Below are positions 41,761 to 61,367 of a DNA stretch of 64,000 nt, one piece after another. The notes beneath the pieces were generated by a model. It did no database searches. It was not told the origin of the DNA and saw only the letters and a list, made by a program, of their open reading frames with translations. Source of the stretch: Eledone cirrhosa. Lineage: Eukaryota. The translations under genes were made by a program, and so were the position numbers. The DNA lies in NCBI GenBank assembly GCA_964016885.1, contig OZ024743.1:274288001-274352000 (forward strand), read 5' to 3'. Numbering within the stretch: the stretch's first letter is position 1; each line of letters begins with the position of its first letter.

Positions 41761-42198
41761 AATTGTCATAAAATATAAACACACATACGCACGGAGTGAC
41801 AGAGATATATGTGTTTGTATGTGTGCATGTATATAATTATCACTACTATTAAAGACCAGAGACCAATTCTGTAGAATCAGGTTTATTCGTTGACAGACCA
41901 TGCCTTTGTGTGACCAACACATCCATGATAAACCCTGCACGTGCACACACATATATCTATATATATATGCGCACACAGAATTCACCACTGTCGGTTGCGG
42001 GGCCCAATCTACATGAAGAACTCAATGTGATCAGAATGACTTGTATTTTAATTTCACTGTCCTAACTTCTTATATTATGGAAAAAATATATGTGTATGTA
42101 TGTATATATATATATGTTTGGAGGCCATTTCTCTGTGTGTGGGTGTATGTATGTGTATATGTGTGTGTGTGTATGTGTGTGCATGTGGATGTATGTAT

Positions 42199-42231
<33 letters not shown>

Positions 42232-42755
42232 ATCTGGATGTATGTGTATGTATATATATATGTGTGTGTGTGTGAATATATATATGTGTGTGTATGTGTA
42301 TATATATGTGTCTGTGTGTATGTGTGTATGTATATGTATGTGTGTGTGTATGTATGTGTGTATATATATATATATATATATGTGTATATGTGTATGTATA
42401 TGTATATATATGTATGTGTGGATGAAGGTATGTGTGTATATATAGGTGTAAGTGCACTAAATCCCTTTCTATCACGCTCCCCTCTGCTACCAACCACAGG
42501 AAGATATATGTATGTATATTGCTTCCACCCCCTCACTGACCAGCAGCTGGCCAGCTGGCCATTGCTAAATCTGACCTTTATAAAATAACCCACACCCCCA
42601 AATAACTTCTCATTCACTACCAGAAAGGCACACAGCAGTCAACTTGTTGCTACCAAGATGAAAACTACTATGAAATCCCACATTGAATTTTATACTTGAA
42701 TTTTCAAATCTCAAATTTTAACTCTTCGTATTATTAATTTATCTTAATATTAATC

Positions 42756-42803
42756 AACATTTGAAAAGATGGCTTTTGCAGACCCATCGAAACCCGTCAT
42801 TTT
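42756..42803 (+). ncRNA. Hammerhead in the PLE pLTR, U3:A8 variant (family F)
   Basis: AACAT-TTGAAAA-GATGG cttttgcagac CCATC-GAAA-CC(C/G)G-TC-ATTTT. The inverted twin has palindromic ACCGGT. Stem I is weak. Confidence 0.7.
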
Positions 42804-42945
42804 TTATACCCTTTATTATTTCCTTACCTTATAAAATTATATGTTTTTTCACAAAAAAGTATTCTGTCTCTTATATATTCCATGTGCCATTACCAACCTC
42901 AATTTTCACTATAACCTTCGGTTTGTATAGAAAATTACACTTTTC

Positions 42946-42976
<31 letters not shown>

Positions 42977-42991
42977 CATATATATATATTC

Positions 42992-48392
<5,401 letters not shown>

Positions 48393-48451
48393 CATATACA
48401 TATATATATATATATACATATGTATATATATACATATATATATACATATAC

Positions 48452-48510
<59 letters not shown>

Positions 48511-48516
48511 TATACA

Positions 48517-48602
<86 letters not shown>

Positions 48603-49349
48603 CATTTCTCACTCTTAGTACGGCACTTACTTAAATGTAAGTATGTATGTATACGTACATACATATATGTATACAGACGTACAGTAGCATGTGTATATAT
48701 ATATATATATACATACAGGCACACATATATATATGTACGTATCAGTTTACCGAACATTTATTATTATGTTCGCTTTGTTCGTTTGTAAACAAACGGACAG
48801 CCTGATTTACGCCGTACAGTGTTCAGGCAACCACGTCACCTTTCTGTTCAACACTGACACAGGAACGATGTACTAGTTTCAAGCTAGTTAGCTATCGTCT
48901 GCACCGTATACCTTTCTGCCAGATGGTTGAACGTTCGAAAGTATATACTTTCCTTAAGAAAATTAATTGCTGAGCAGCCTAATTTGCATATCGAGTGAGT
49001 TCAGTCGGCCAGGCGCACCGGAAACGATAAATGGAATAGAATGAAACGAAATTTCATTTCTCACTCTTAGTACGGCACTTACTTAAATGTAAGTATGTAT
49101 GTATACGTACATACATATATGTATACAGACGTACAGTAGCATGTATATATATATATATATATATATATACATACAGGCACACATATATATATATGTACGT
49201 ATCAGTTTACCGAACATTTATTATAATGTTCGCTTTGTTCGTTTGTAAACAAACGGACAGCCTGCTTTACGTCCTACAGTGTTCAGGCAACCACGTCACT
49301 ACTGTACGTCTGTATACATATATGTATGTACGTATACATACATGCTTAA

Positions 49350-49350
<1 letters not shown>
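48603..49350 (-). mobile_element. About 1.5 units of the family B retrozyme-like repeat plus a short inverted cap
   Basis: Homologous to 35815-37525. The hammerhead at 48865-48907 has CAGACGA (U4 lost). Confidence 0.75.
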
Positions 49351-49408
<58 letters not shown>

Positions 49409-49428
49409 CATATATATAGATATATAGA

Positions 49429-49573
<145 letters not shown>

Positions 49574-49599
49574 GTATATATATATATGTATATATATAC

Positions 49600-50179
49600 A
49601 TGTATCCCAGTACAACCTGTCTCATGGTCGGGTCGTTGGCGACTAAACTGGCAACCCCACCAAGGTTTCTTGGTGAGGAGGGTGACTTTGGACATCCTGC
49701 AGGACTAAAAACAAAACCTGTCAAAGGGCAAAGGAGCTCTTAAAAGTCAATGGCCATCCAAAATCACCGGGAGAGATGACCCCTTAGCCTTTGTCAAGGC
49801 AGAATTCTAGGAGAAGGAAAACTCTGATATAACACCTGCAACCCTGATGGTATCCAATGATGTTGACTTGTTCTTCTTTTTGGTAAATATCATCTTGGTT
49901 AAGAAAGTGGGACTGGCTTTGTGCAGTGCCTTTGCTCACTATAAAAGCTTCACGGCACAGGCATTGCTTTGTATCTGGAGATCTCTCTGCACTTGTCCTC
50001 ACATGGTACCATGGGCCCAGCACTATGTGTCAATAATTGTCACAGGTGTAGTGTTTGTACCAGAGTTTTCAAGTCGCTGGCTGGACTAAAAAGTCACACT
50101 CGTTCAGCGCTTCGGTAGGGGTTCTCCTACATGGATATAAAGTAGTGGCCGTACTCGAAAACGAGTTGGCAGCCACCAT
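49600..50179 (+). mobile_element. Bipartite non-autonomous RTE derivative (5'UTR plus 3' end) with an (ATGT)n tail
   Basis: CTGGCAACCCCACC and CTAGGAGAAGGAAAACTCTGA RTE-type 5'UTR motifs are fused to sequence encoding [20 protein letters not shown] and a CTCGaaaaCGAG hairpin. A 5'-truncated copy lies at 50628-50892. Confidence 0.7.
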
Positions 50180-50458
50180 ATGTATGTATATGTATATGTG
50201 TATGTATATGTATATGTGTATGTATGTGTATGTATATATATGTATATGTGTATGTATATGTATGTGTATGTATGTATATATGTGTGTATATGTATGTATG
50301 TATGTGTATATGTATATGTATGTATGTATATGTATGTATGTATGTGTGTGTATATGTATGTATATATATATGTATATGTATATATATGTATGTGTGTATG
50401 TATGTATGTGTATATGTATGTATATGTATATGTATGTATGTGTATGTGTATGTATGTG

Positions 50459-50490
<32 letters not shown>

Positions 50491-50901
50491 TGTGTGTATG
50501 TATGTATATGTATGTGTGTATGTATGTATGTATATGTGTATGTATGTATGTATGTATGTATATATGTATGTATGTGTATATGTATGTATGTGTATGTGTA
50601 TGTATATGTATATGTATATATATATGCTGCTTTGTGCAGTGCCTTTGCTCACTATAAAAGCTTCACAGCACAGGCATTGCTTTATATCTGGAGATCTCTC
50701 TGCACTGGTCGTCACATGGTACCATGGGCCCAGCACTATGTGTCAATAATTGTCACAAGTGTAGTGTTTGTACCAGAGTTTTCAAGTCGCTGGCTGGACT
50801 AAAAAGTCACATTCGTTCAGCGCATTGGTAGGGGTTCTCCTACATGGATATAAAGTAGTGGCCGTACTCGAAAACGAGTTGGCAGCCACCATATATATAT
50901 G

Positions 50902-51028
<127 letters not shown>

Positions 51029-51074
51029 TATAGAGATATAGATATATATATATATACATATATATATACATATA

Positions 51075-51285
51075 TGAAAAGAGTCAATAACACCCAAAGC
51101 AGAGTTCGAGCTATTCGACACCTTTTTCTGGACTAAATTCAGTCCAGGAATAGCTATCAAAACGATTTGAGCTCTGCCGTCGGGTTTATTGACTCTTTTC
51201 CTATTACTTACTCTACTACCCAAAGTATCGAGTACTCTGGTCCGTTATGGTCCACCTGTTTCCTTACCACACTTCCCTCGTTATA
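51075..51285 (+). mobile_element. Short fold-back pLTR fragment containing a hammerhead-like 3' half
   Basis: AAAAGAGTCAATAA...TTATTGACTCTTTT inverted arms, with a tail shared with 8563 and 55685. Confidence 0.55.
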
Positions 51286-51380
51286 TATATATATATATTT
51301 GTGTGTGTGTGTGTGTGTGTGTGGGGGGGGGGGGGGGTGTATCTACATATATATATATGTATCTACATATATATATATTG

Positions 51381-51988
51381 TGTCAGGTCACAAGTTGGTG
51401 CTACTGGTAACCTGTATCCCAGTACAACCTGTCTCATGGTCGGGTCGTTGGCGACTAAACTGGCAACCCCACCAAGGTTTCTTGGTGAGGAGGGTGACTT
51501 TGGACATCCTGCAGGACTAAAAACAAAACCTGTCAAAGGGCAAAGGAGCTCTTAAGAGTCAATGGCCATCCAAAATCACCTGGGAGAGATGACCCCTTAG
51601 CCTTTGTCAAATCAGAATTCTAGGAGAAGGAAAACTCTGATATAACACCTGCAACCCTGATGGTATCCAATGATGTTGACTTGTTCTTCTTTTTGGTAAA
51701 TATCATCTTGGTTAAGAGAGTGGGACTGGCTTTGTGCAGTGCCTTTCCTCACTATAAAAGCTTCACGGCACAGGCATTGCTTTATATCTGGAGATCTCTC
51801 TGCACTTGTCGTTACATGGTACCATGGGCCCAGCACTATGTGTCAATAGTTGTCACAAGTGTAGTGTTTGTACCAGAGTTTTCAAGTCGCTGGATGGACT
51901 AAAAATTCACACTCGTTCAGCGCATCGGTAGGGGTTCTTCTACATATAAAGTAGTGGCCGTACTCGAAAACGAGTTGGCAGCCACCAT
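51381..51988 (+). mobile_element. Bipartite RTE derivative, full copy (about 610 bp)
   Basis: Near-identical to 49600-50179 and to the reverse complement of 60453-61063. Confidence 0.75.
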
Positions 51989-51993
51989 ATATG

Positions 51994-52038
<45 letters not shown>

Positions 52039-52109
52039 ATACATATATATATATACTCTCTTCCTTCAGTTGAAACTCTAGTGGCACCCAATAACATCAG
52101 AGACATGGG

Positions 52110-52600
52110 AGACCGTATGCTATTGTTTTAGAGTAGTGACAAACTCACTTACTTTAATCTCAGCAAACAAAGGGATCTCTTCAAAATGCTTTTAATTAAG
52201 CATAAAGTGTATTACAAAATACATTATATATACATTCATATATATATTGCTATTTCAGAGCTCCAATTCTAATTTTTAATTTCTGCCTGACCGGCAACCG
52301 CTCTGTATAATCAGTTCCTGATTATTTACTAGAATTCTATAAGAATATAACATCAGTGATCTCAGTAGACAGGAGGAAGTAGTTAGCATTGATAAGCATC
52401 AATAAATGCGAAACAAGGCCTTGTCGGCTTATCTCCCCTTGTTTGCTGAGTTTAAAGTAAGTGAGTTTGTCACTACCCTAAAACAATAGCATACGGTCTT
52501 CAAAATGCTTTTAATTAAGCATAAAGTGTATTCCAAAATACATTATATATACATTCATATATATATTGCTATTTCAGAGCTCCAATTCTAATTTTTATAT
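52110..52600 (+). mobile_element. Partial-tandem pLTR (family C) with a hammerhead at 52385-52429
   Basis: 52177-52280 repeats at 52497-52597, after a short inverted 5' part. Core reads TTGATAA-GCAT caataa ATGC-GAAA-CAAGGCCTTG-TC. Confidence 0.7.
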
Positions 52601-52774
52601 ATATATATATATATATATAGGATAACAAATTATTGTTATAGGTAGTCCACTTAAATGTAGTCCAGGTAGGGTACTCCGAGTAGTGGATAGTATTAAAGCT
52701 TTGCTAAGTTTGCCTCAAAAAGACGTTTCCGTAGTGATGCAGCGAGTACGCGGTGATTTCTATGTAGTTTACAT

Positions 52775-52897
52775 TTTCGCATGCACTGATGAATTGACTG
52801 ATTATAACAAAGTATTGGTGATCGATTGACGTAATAACAGGCGGGTCGTGATCTCTAGACCTACCAGTTCAGAGAAACAATTGTCAGCAATGTGAAA
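52775..52897 (+). ncRNA. Hammerhead-like motif with an extended stem-loop II of about 80 nt (family H)
   Basis: TTTCGCAT-GCa-CTGATGA-...-GAAA-CAATTG-TC-aGCaATGTGAAA. A compact degenerate relative lies at 56151-56196. Confidence 0.55.
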
Positions 52898-52940
52898 GCC
52901 CTTATTGTATAGCAAACCATATCACTCTTCTTTCTTGATT

Positions 52941-52977
<37 letters not shown>

Positions 52978-52985
<8 letters not shown>

Positions 52986-53518
52986 ATCATGTCTACAGAA
53001 TTATTAGATAAACAAAATATATACTCCATTTCCTCTGCCAAACAGCACAATCAACCATATAAAAAATCAATTATACTAAGCCATAAGGATAAAAGCTCCT
53101 ATGAACAAATCTCCGACAAATAAACGAGAGTGGCCTCTTCGCGTTGTCCACAGCCGGTTATTTATCCAACATTTCGACAGCATGCATAAATCGACCAAGT
53201 ACATAATTAACCATATGCCATTCGGTGTAAAATCAAACATAGAAGAAATGTGTACATACCGTAACCATCTCTACCATGGTTTCATCCGTATTTTTAGATA
53301 TCCTATTAATATCCTCGAAATGTTGGATAAATAACCGGCTGTGGACAACGCGAAGAAGCCACTCTCGTTTATTTGTCGGAGATTTCTTCATAGGAGCTTT
53401 TATCCTTATGGCTTAGTATAATTGATTTTTTATATGGTTGATTGTGTTGTTTGGCAGAGGAAATGGAGTATATATTTTGTTTATCTAATAATTCTGTAGA
53501 CATGATTTATAATAATAT
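52978..53518. repeat. Fold-back element with arms of about 200 bp and a spacer of about 135 bp, next to (TA)n
   Basis: About 52978-53178 is the reverse complement of about 53315-53518. Confidence 0.85.
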
Positions 53519-53604
53519 ATTGCTCTGAGTATTTAATTTATTAATTCTTCATAGAGCTAAAAAGTGACCGGTTGTAACATATATAAATTTATGTATATGT
53601 AAAC

Positions 53605-53706
<102 letters not shown>

Positions 53707-53885
53707 TACACACACACACATGGATATAACACATTATGTATATAGATATAATCATATTTTTCAAATTACATGGAAATACATGTAATTTAGCATGTTTATA
53801 TATCTAGATTCTAAATGTGTATAGATTTATATATACATTTACCACTCGGTAACTTCTATACTGTAAATATATATATATATATATT

Positions 53886-53974
<89 letters not shown>

Positions 53975-54029
53975 GCCTGATGAGTTCCCTGGTCTTGCCA
54001 GATGCTTCGTCGTGGTGAACGAATGTCTA

Positions 54030-55668
54030 CCATAGATCAGTCAACTGGAGCAGAGCAGAGCAGGACGAGAGATGGATGGAGAACTTCTGCGAGACGCTGA
54101 AGCAACCAATCCAATCGCCCTGTTTGACTTGATCAAAGAGACCCCAACAACCGCAGCGATAATGAAGGTCTGCGAGAAGCAAATCACCATGCAGGAGACA
54201 AGAGATGCGATCAGCAACTTGAGAAAAGGCAAAGCAGGTGGGCTGGATGAGATCTCTACAGAGCTGCTTAAGTTCGGTGAGGGGTAGCATAACAACGGCG
54301 TTGACAAAATTGATGAACCACTGCTGGAGGGTTGGTCGGATTCCTCTTGAGTTGCAACGCAGTGTCATCGTCAACCTGCCGAAGATGAGAAACATGGCTG
54401 ACTGCAGCAACTGGTGCGGCATTACATTGCTGTCAGTCCCAAGCAAGGCATTCTGCACTGTGTTGCTGCGTCGACACCGGCAGGCTGTCGAGTCTGTGCT
54501 CCGGGAAGAACAAACCAGCTTCAGAAAAAAAGGATCTTGAACCCAACAGCTCTTCACACTACACAACATCCTCGAATAATGCGTTGAGCTCCAGCAATCT
54601 TTGGCGGTCCACTTTATTGATATCCAGAAGGCATTCGACAGAGAGCATCGGGAATCGCTGTGGAATATCGCGCACTCGTACGGCATTCCTGCAAGATTCA
54701 TTACCATTTTCAAGGCCCTGTACGCAAACTCCATCTGCTGCGTGCAAACTGAGTCCAGTGTGACGGAGTTCTTTGACATTTTTTCCGGAGTCAGACAGGG
54801 TTGCATTATCTCTCTGCTGTTGTTTCTGTTGGAAGCCGATTTCGTTCTAAGGCGATCAGGTGAAGGACCCGGTCGAGGAATCCCATGGAGGGGGCAGTCG
54901 AGGCTGAAGGACCTGGCATTCGCTGACGACATCGCTTTGATCACTGAAGACAGTGCAGATCTGCAGCCGCTAACAACATCCCTGCAAGAGAGAATCAACA
55001 CCAAAATGACCAAAGTGATGAGGGTAGCCAACAAAGCATGTCCAGCAATCATAATCAACCAACAAGACCTGGAAAAAGTCTATCACTTCACTTATCTGGG
55101 CAGTATCCTAGCAAGCAATGGCGACGCGGAGCTCAACATCCAACTGTCGGATCGGCAAAGGAACCGCAGTTTTCCAGCGGATGCGCCCAGTCTGGTCGTC
55201 TTCATGCATCAACACCAGGATCAAGCTGCGCCTGTGCAAGAGCATCGTGCTGCCGACTGTGCTTTACGTGAGCGAAACCTAGAAGAGCAAAGATAGAGAG
55301 ACGGCTGAACGCTTTCCACCAGCAGTGCCTGCAAATGATCCTTCGTGTGTCCTGGCACGACCGAGTGCGAAACGAGGAAATCTGTGGATGCTATGGAGGA
55401 TGGTCGCGGAACGCCGGTGCCGCCTTGCTGGCGATGTTGTGTGCCTGCCCGACGAACAACTCTCGAAAACAGCGATGAACTGATCACCACCTGAAATCAA
55501 ACGGAGGCGGGGTTGTTCCAGGATCACCTGGCGACGAACGTTCCAAAGAGACCTGATGGCATCCAACATCACTTGGTGCGGACGAAAAAAAGCCGCTGCT
55601 GATCATGAATGTTGGCCACTACTTACTGCTAGATGCGCTGAACGGTGCAGAAGAACCTAAGACTAAGA
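54030..55668 (+). mobile_element. Degenerate 5'-truncated RTE-type LINE (RT)
   Basis: RKGKAGGLDEISTELLK, DCSNWCGITLLSVPSKAF, FIDIQKAFD, SGVRQGCIIS, LAFADD and FTYLGS, with multiple stops and frameshifts and a short CTAAGA-repeat tail. Confidence 0.9.
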
Positions 55669-55684
55669 TACATACATATATATA

Positions 55685-55849
55685 TATAACAAAGAAAGTG
55701 TGGTAAGATACCAGGTGGATCATAACGCACCAAAGTACTCGATACTGAGGGTAGTAGAGTGGGTAATAGGAAAAGAGTCAGGACCTCGACGGCTCAGTTC
55801 GGATCTAGCTATAGAAACAGCGGAGCTCAGCCGTCGGGGTCCTGACTCT

Positions 55850-55853
<4 letters not shown>
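55685..55853. mobile_element. Short fold-back pLTR fragment with a hammerhead 3' half
   Basis: GAAA-C...GAGCTC...G-TC-GGGGTCC at about 55814-55840, inverted against 55771-55800. Confidence 0.55.
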
Positions 55854-55888
<35 letters not shown>

Positions 55889-56728
55889 CTCCAATGCTAA
55901 GATATCTTATATCTTATACCTTATGTCTATCCTACCTTACATTTTTCCTTGCTAGTAAATTTTTTGCCTGAACCTTTTGCTTTACCTCTTCCACTTTCCA
56001 CCAGTGCTCCTTGTAATTGTGTTCTCTCAAGCATAACCTCTTTTTAACTCCTGATTCTCTACATGATGTCTATCACACTAACAACATTTATGTATCTACC
56101 TAAATGTTCTGAATGACTAGGATTTTAATCACCTGTTTTGACATTCCTTATGCTCCGATGTTCCTGACATCCCTCTGGAAGAAACAATTGTCAGCAAATA
56201 AATGTATTAAACTAAGATTTGGTTGTTTTAACACTTTGTATCTCGGCTCTGAACAAAAATTGATAATTTGCATTGACCCTTTTGTCATACCGGTAACCGG
56301 CTAGTACTTAGCACTAGCCTCCATATTTATAGTTATATATTAAACATATATAAGTATAAATATTGTTATTATTACTATATATATATATATAAACATACAA
56401 CTTAATGTATAACTTAAGTAACTACCAAAGTAAGCGCTAATAATATGCAAATTAGTACGTCCATTCCAGAATATTATTATAAGTGTTAGGTTATATAAGC
56501 CCCTCGAATATGTAATTCTTTGTGTTTGTTTAGATTTGATACATATCTTTAATGAGGAACCCACGTTCCAATATCGATTTAGAGCAGTTATCATGTTTTT
56601 TTATTTATAAGGAAATACGTATATTTGGCATATTTGATATGTCAATATACTTAACATTTGTAAATTTGTATACACATTTACACAGTCTCGGTTACCTTTA
56701 TACTGTAGATATACAGATATAACATTAT

Positions 56729-56771
<43 letters not shown>

Positions 56772-57001
56772 GAATAATCGAGTATCGAAAAATCGGCGCA
56801 CGAGTTCACGATAAACAAAATTCGATATGAGCGGCAGAGGGCTCAATAATTTAGATAAATCGGAGCTATAACTATCGTTAAAATACCGTCACACATAGAA
56901 CAAGTCTATAATCAACCATACAACCGAAAAATTGCGATCTGGAAGATTCGGGACACTCAGATAAAAAATCAATAAATCAATAAATCAAATGAATGTAAAA
57001 A

Positions 57002-57039
<38 letters not shown>

Positions 57040-58602
57040 TGAATACATATAGATGATAGAGAGAGAGGGAGACATATATGTTTTTGTGTTTATATGCGAA
57101 GAATGTTGATGTAGTTGTGGTAGTTTTGCAGACCAAACACTCACGCCATACTGTGGCGCAGCCATTTTGTGTGTACTGTATCAGGTGATTTTAGTATATG
57201 TGTCTGTGATTTTTTAGGATAAGTATGGTGTGCAATGAGTGCATTAGTGTATCTACTGTTAAGTTACATATAAAGACATACGAACATATACACAAACCTA
57301 ACTTAATTAACTTCTAATTTTGAAAACTATTCGAGTAACAGTTTTCTGCCATTACGCTGACGGCCTAACGATATTTTTTTTGTCTATATTTCTTTGTTTT
57401 CTATTGTTTTTTGTTGTTATTTTGGTTGTGTTACTTTTGATAACGATATTATTATTATCAGTAGTAGTAGTAGTAGTAGTTGTTGTTGTTTCTTTAATGT
57501 TATTGCTGTTGTTCTAAACATCATTTGTATTATTATTAATGGAAACCTGATTGAGAATGGGGGAAAAATGTCAGTCAATTTGTTATCGATTGTATCGGAT
57601 GTAAAAAGGAAACAAACAAGAAAAACAAAACGTTCTCCACCCTGAAGAAATAGAATACAGAGGGAAGTGGGTGAAACGGCAAAAAAACAACTACCAGAGA
57701 AATAAATTACGTTTTTTTTTCTTTTTTACATTCAAATTACAATAGAGATCGATAGATTGTGAACATTTCTACATGAAGCGAAACGAATTCCGAGCGAGCG
57801 ATCTATCTTTTCTGTGGCAAAATACTGTGAGGATTTGCATTTTTTTAAAGTTTTGTTTGAACGATTTTTTAATTTCATTTATAGTTTCTTGTCATATTTT
57901 GTTTAATCTCTTTTAATTTCACTTTTTCTCTCGTTCTATTTACTACATTCTTTCTTAGTTTTGAGCAAAATTCTGTAAGTCACTGCTGTTGAAAAAAGCT
58001 CATGGCAAGCAGGTGTAATGTTGAAATCTTGAAGCCTATTATCCAATTCTTGGACGTGGCTAATAGGATTATTTTTATTATTTTATATGTATTTGATTTT
58101 CTTTCGACATTGATTTCCAATGTATGTGAAGCCATTCAATGGATGAGACAAATACAATAACATCTGTAATAGGTTTTACTACGCGCGAAAAACTTATTTT
58201 TTATTGTTTCTCAGAGAAAAACACTACGTTCATTTCTATGAAGCTGTTGCGTTCACGGTGACTTCACAGGAAAATAATCTAAGATTCAACTGTACAACAA
58301 GGATTGATGAAGTTTCAATTAGTTTGTTATGGATATTTGTTATTAGTTTGCAGCTGATGTTGTTATTGTTTTTATTTTTTGTTGTTCTTTCTGTTTTTTA
58401 TCTTGTCAACCCTGATTAAACTGAACCAGGATCAAAAGTATTGAACATTGACGTAATGAATCGAAGTCAATATTATCGAATGTGTCCTTCCTCATTTTGC
58501 ATATAGTAGCACGTGTGTTAAGAGAAGTTTACAAATATTTCTGGTAGCTATCGTCCTCTGGCTGGATTGGTTTAAGATCTCTTTCAATTTGGTAATATTC
58601 AT

Positions 58603-58697
<95 letters not shown>

Positions 58698-59328
58698 AAC
58701 AAGTAAATAGAAACAATAAAGCAAACAACACAGTCGAAATGACGAAATATATTAGTTTAACACTTGATATAGTAGGGAAAGTGCATTTACGTTTCGGACA
58801 CTAGTCTTACACCAGAAGACTGGATAAGAAATAAAAAATAATATAGAAAGATAAGGAGGAAGGAGATGAAAGAACGGTAAAAATATGATTTGAGAGAAAA
58901 CACGTGTGATTCAGTCACCCTAGAAATTATAATGATTCACTTCACTGCTCTCTAGTTTAGATCAGATCAACTGAGGGGAAGATGTATTGTTAAGCCGATT
59001 CTGATCGGTTAAGGATTGTACAAGCTCATTCCCATGACTAATAATAATAAGCATATACGCCAAACAACTAGCTTCTTAGTTAAAAATATTTCATCAGCAA
59101 TAGAAATGACTATTTGACAAAGAAAAAAGGGTCACAGTTCTTCTTTCTTGAGATTCTGTGATAGCACTGTGAAAAAATACACGTATTTCTTTTGCGTTCG
59201 TCCGTTGTAAATCGCGTTTGAAAAAGGAAAGGATTGTTTTCTACTTAAATTGTTAACATTAGAAATTCAGTTATTTTCCTTTGGTAATATTAAAAACAAG
59301 TAGTTGTGTGAGTGTGAGTGTGAGTGTG

Positions 59329-59441
<113 letters not shown>

Positions 59442-60161
59442 GTGGGGGGGGGGGGGGGGGGCTAGATAAAAGCGGGTGGACACTGAAATTGTTCTAAAAT
59501 ATTCTTACGATAAAATTATGCAATGAATCGTTCTACCATTGAATTTAACCGTTGTAAATCAGATTCTTCTATGAAGCTAGTTGCAACATGTATGTTGTAC
59601 TCAAAACAGAAATGTGGTAGTAGTAGCAGTGTTGCATTTGTTTTTCCCCATAGAAAATAACTACAGTGAATTAATAATAAATGCATTCTTTCTTTTGCAA
59701 TGCGAAAATTAAAATTGAGGTTCTGTTTGCCGCGGATCAATTGAAATTATTTATCTTTGTATTATTGTATGTTCTACCACCATTTCTTGTTACTTTCGGT
59801 GAAAGAAAGCATTCAAATCGGATATTAAGTCTTTCGAGTACAAAAAGAATATTATCATCATAATCATCATCATCATGTTGTTGTTGTTGGGTGTTTCTTC
59901 TCAAATCTTTCAAATATTCCAGTTATGTCACTTTGGTTACGATATGTAACTTTGTTAGTCTTTATATTAATGTTTGGTTTGTTTTATTTATTTTTTCTTC
60001 CCTATTCCAGTTTTGTTACTTTTGTCTTTAGTTGTGGTTTGTTTCGTTTTCTTACTTCATTGTTATCGCTTTCACTCTCTCTCACTCTCTTTTCACCTCT
60101 TTCTCTCTCACTCTACTTCTCTCTCGCTCCACCTCTCTCTCTCTTTCTCTCTCTCTCTCTG

Positions 60162-60204
<43 letters not shown>

Positions 60205-60452
60205 CTGTGTGTATGTGAGTGTGCGTGTGCGTGCGTGTGTAATTTCTTCTATAACTGTGTAAGATTTCATTTTAGAAAATCTTACTCCATACTATTTTAG
60301 ACCAGCCCACAATAATCCACATTTGTTTAACTACTACTAGCGCTTGTAATACTACTGCAGTGTGTATACTGTTACATATCATGCCCATATACATACATAC
60401 ATACATACATACATACATACATACATACATACATACATACATACATACATAC

Positions 60453-61063
60453 ATGGTGGCTGCCAACTCGTTTTCGAGTACGGCCACTACTTTATATCCA
60501 TGTGGGAGAACCCCTACCGATGCGCTGAACGAGTGTGACTTTTTAGTCCAGCCAGCGACTTGAAAACTCTGGTACAAACACTACACCTGTGACAATTATT
60601 GACACATAGTACTGGGCCCATCGTACCATGTGACGACAAGTGCAGAGAGATCTCCAGATATAAAGCAATGCCTGTGCCGTGAAGCTTTTATAGTGAGCAA
60701 AGGCACTGCACAAAGCCAGTCCCATTCTCTTAACCAAGATGATATTTACCAAAAAGAAGTACAAGTCAACATCATTGGATACCATCAGGGTTGCAGGTGT
60801 TATATCAGAGTTTTCCTTCTCCTAGAATTCTGCCTTGACAAAGGCTAAGGGGTCATCTCCGCCGGTGATTTTGGATGGCCATTGACTCTTAAGAGCTCCT
60901 TTGCCCTTTGACAGGTTTTGTTTTTATTCCTGCAGGATGTCCAAAGTCACCCTCCTCTCGAGGAAACCTTGGTGGGGTTGCCAGTTTAGTCGCCAACGAC
61001 GCGACCATGAGACAGGTTGTACTGGGATACATGTTACCAGTAGCACCAACTGGTGACCTGACA
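60453..61063 (-). mobile_element. Bipartite RTE derivative, full copy with an (ATGT)n tail
   Basis: Reverse complement of 51381-51988. Confidence 0.75.
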
Positions 61064-61086
61064 TACATACATGCATACATACAAAC

Positions 61087-61187
<101 letters not shown>

Positions 61188-61208
61188 TGTGTCTGTATGT
61201 ATATATAT

Positions 61209-61285
61209 AAAGCCGTATCCGAGCGTCACACATCTGAATCTGACTAGCGATTGCAATACCCTTAGCAGAGTTTGCAGCCATGATA

Positions 61286-61367
<82 letters not shown>

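Larger units (their letters stand above)
37918..42946 (+). mobile_element. Near-full-length Penelope-like element (Neptune-type) with an inverted upstream pLTR
   Basis: RT plus GIY-YIG ORF. About 37920-38741 is an inverted copy of about 42019-42905, with an extra inverted piece at 38738-38840. Hammerheads lie at 38021-38068(-) and 42756-42803(+), and microsatellites flank the element. Confidence 0.92.

Noticed and set aside
51381-51500. HDV-like ribozyme at the 5' end of the RTE derivative
   Set aside because: Such ribozymes occur in some RTEs, but I could not build the nested double pseudoknot by eye.
53972-54030. CTGATGA-GTTC...GAAC-GAAT hammerhead-like string
   Set aside because: It lacks GAAA, stem III and stem I pairing, and it lies at the truncated start of the RTE coding remnant.
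54027-55058. 343-aa minus-strand ORF
   Set aside because: It is the antisense shadow of the plus-strand RTE reverse transcriptase.
58215-58330. Candidate next host exon (also candidates near 21154, 21950 and 22397)
   Set aside because: The acceptor-like sites have no convincing similarity to the expected Unc13-family continuation.
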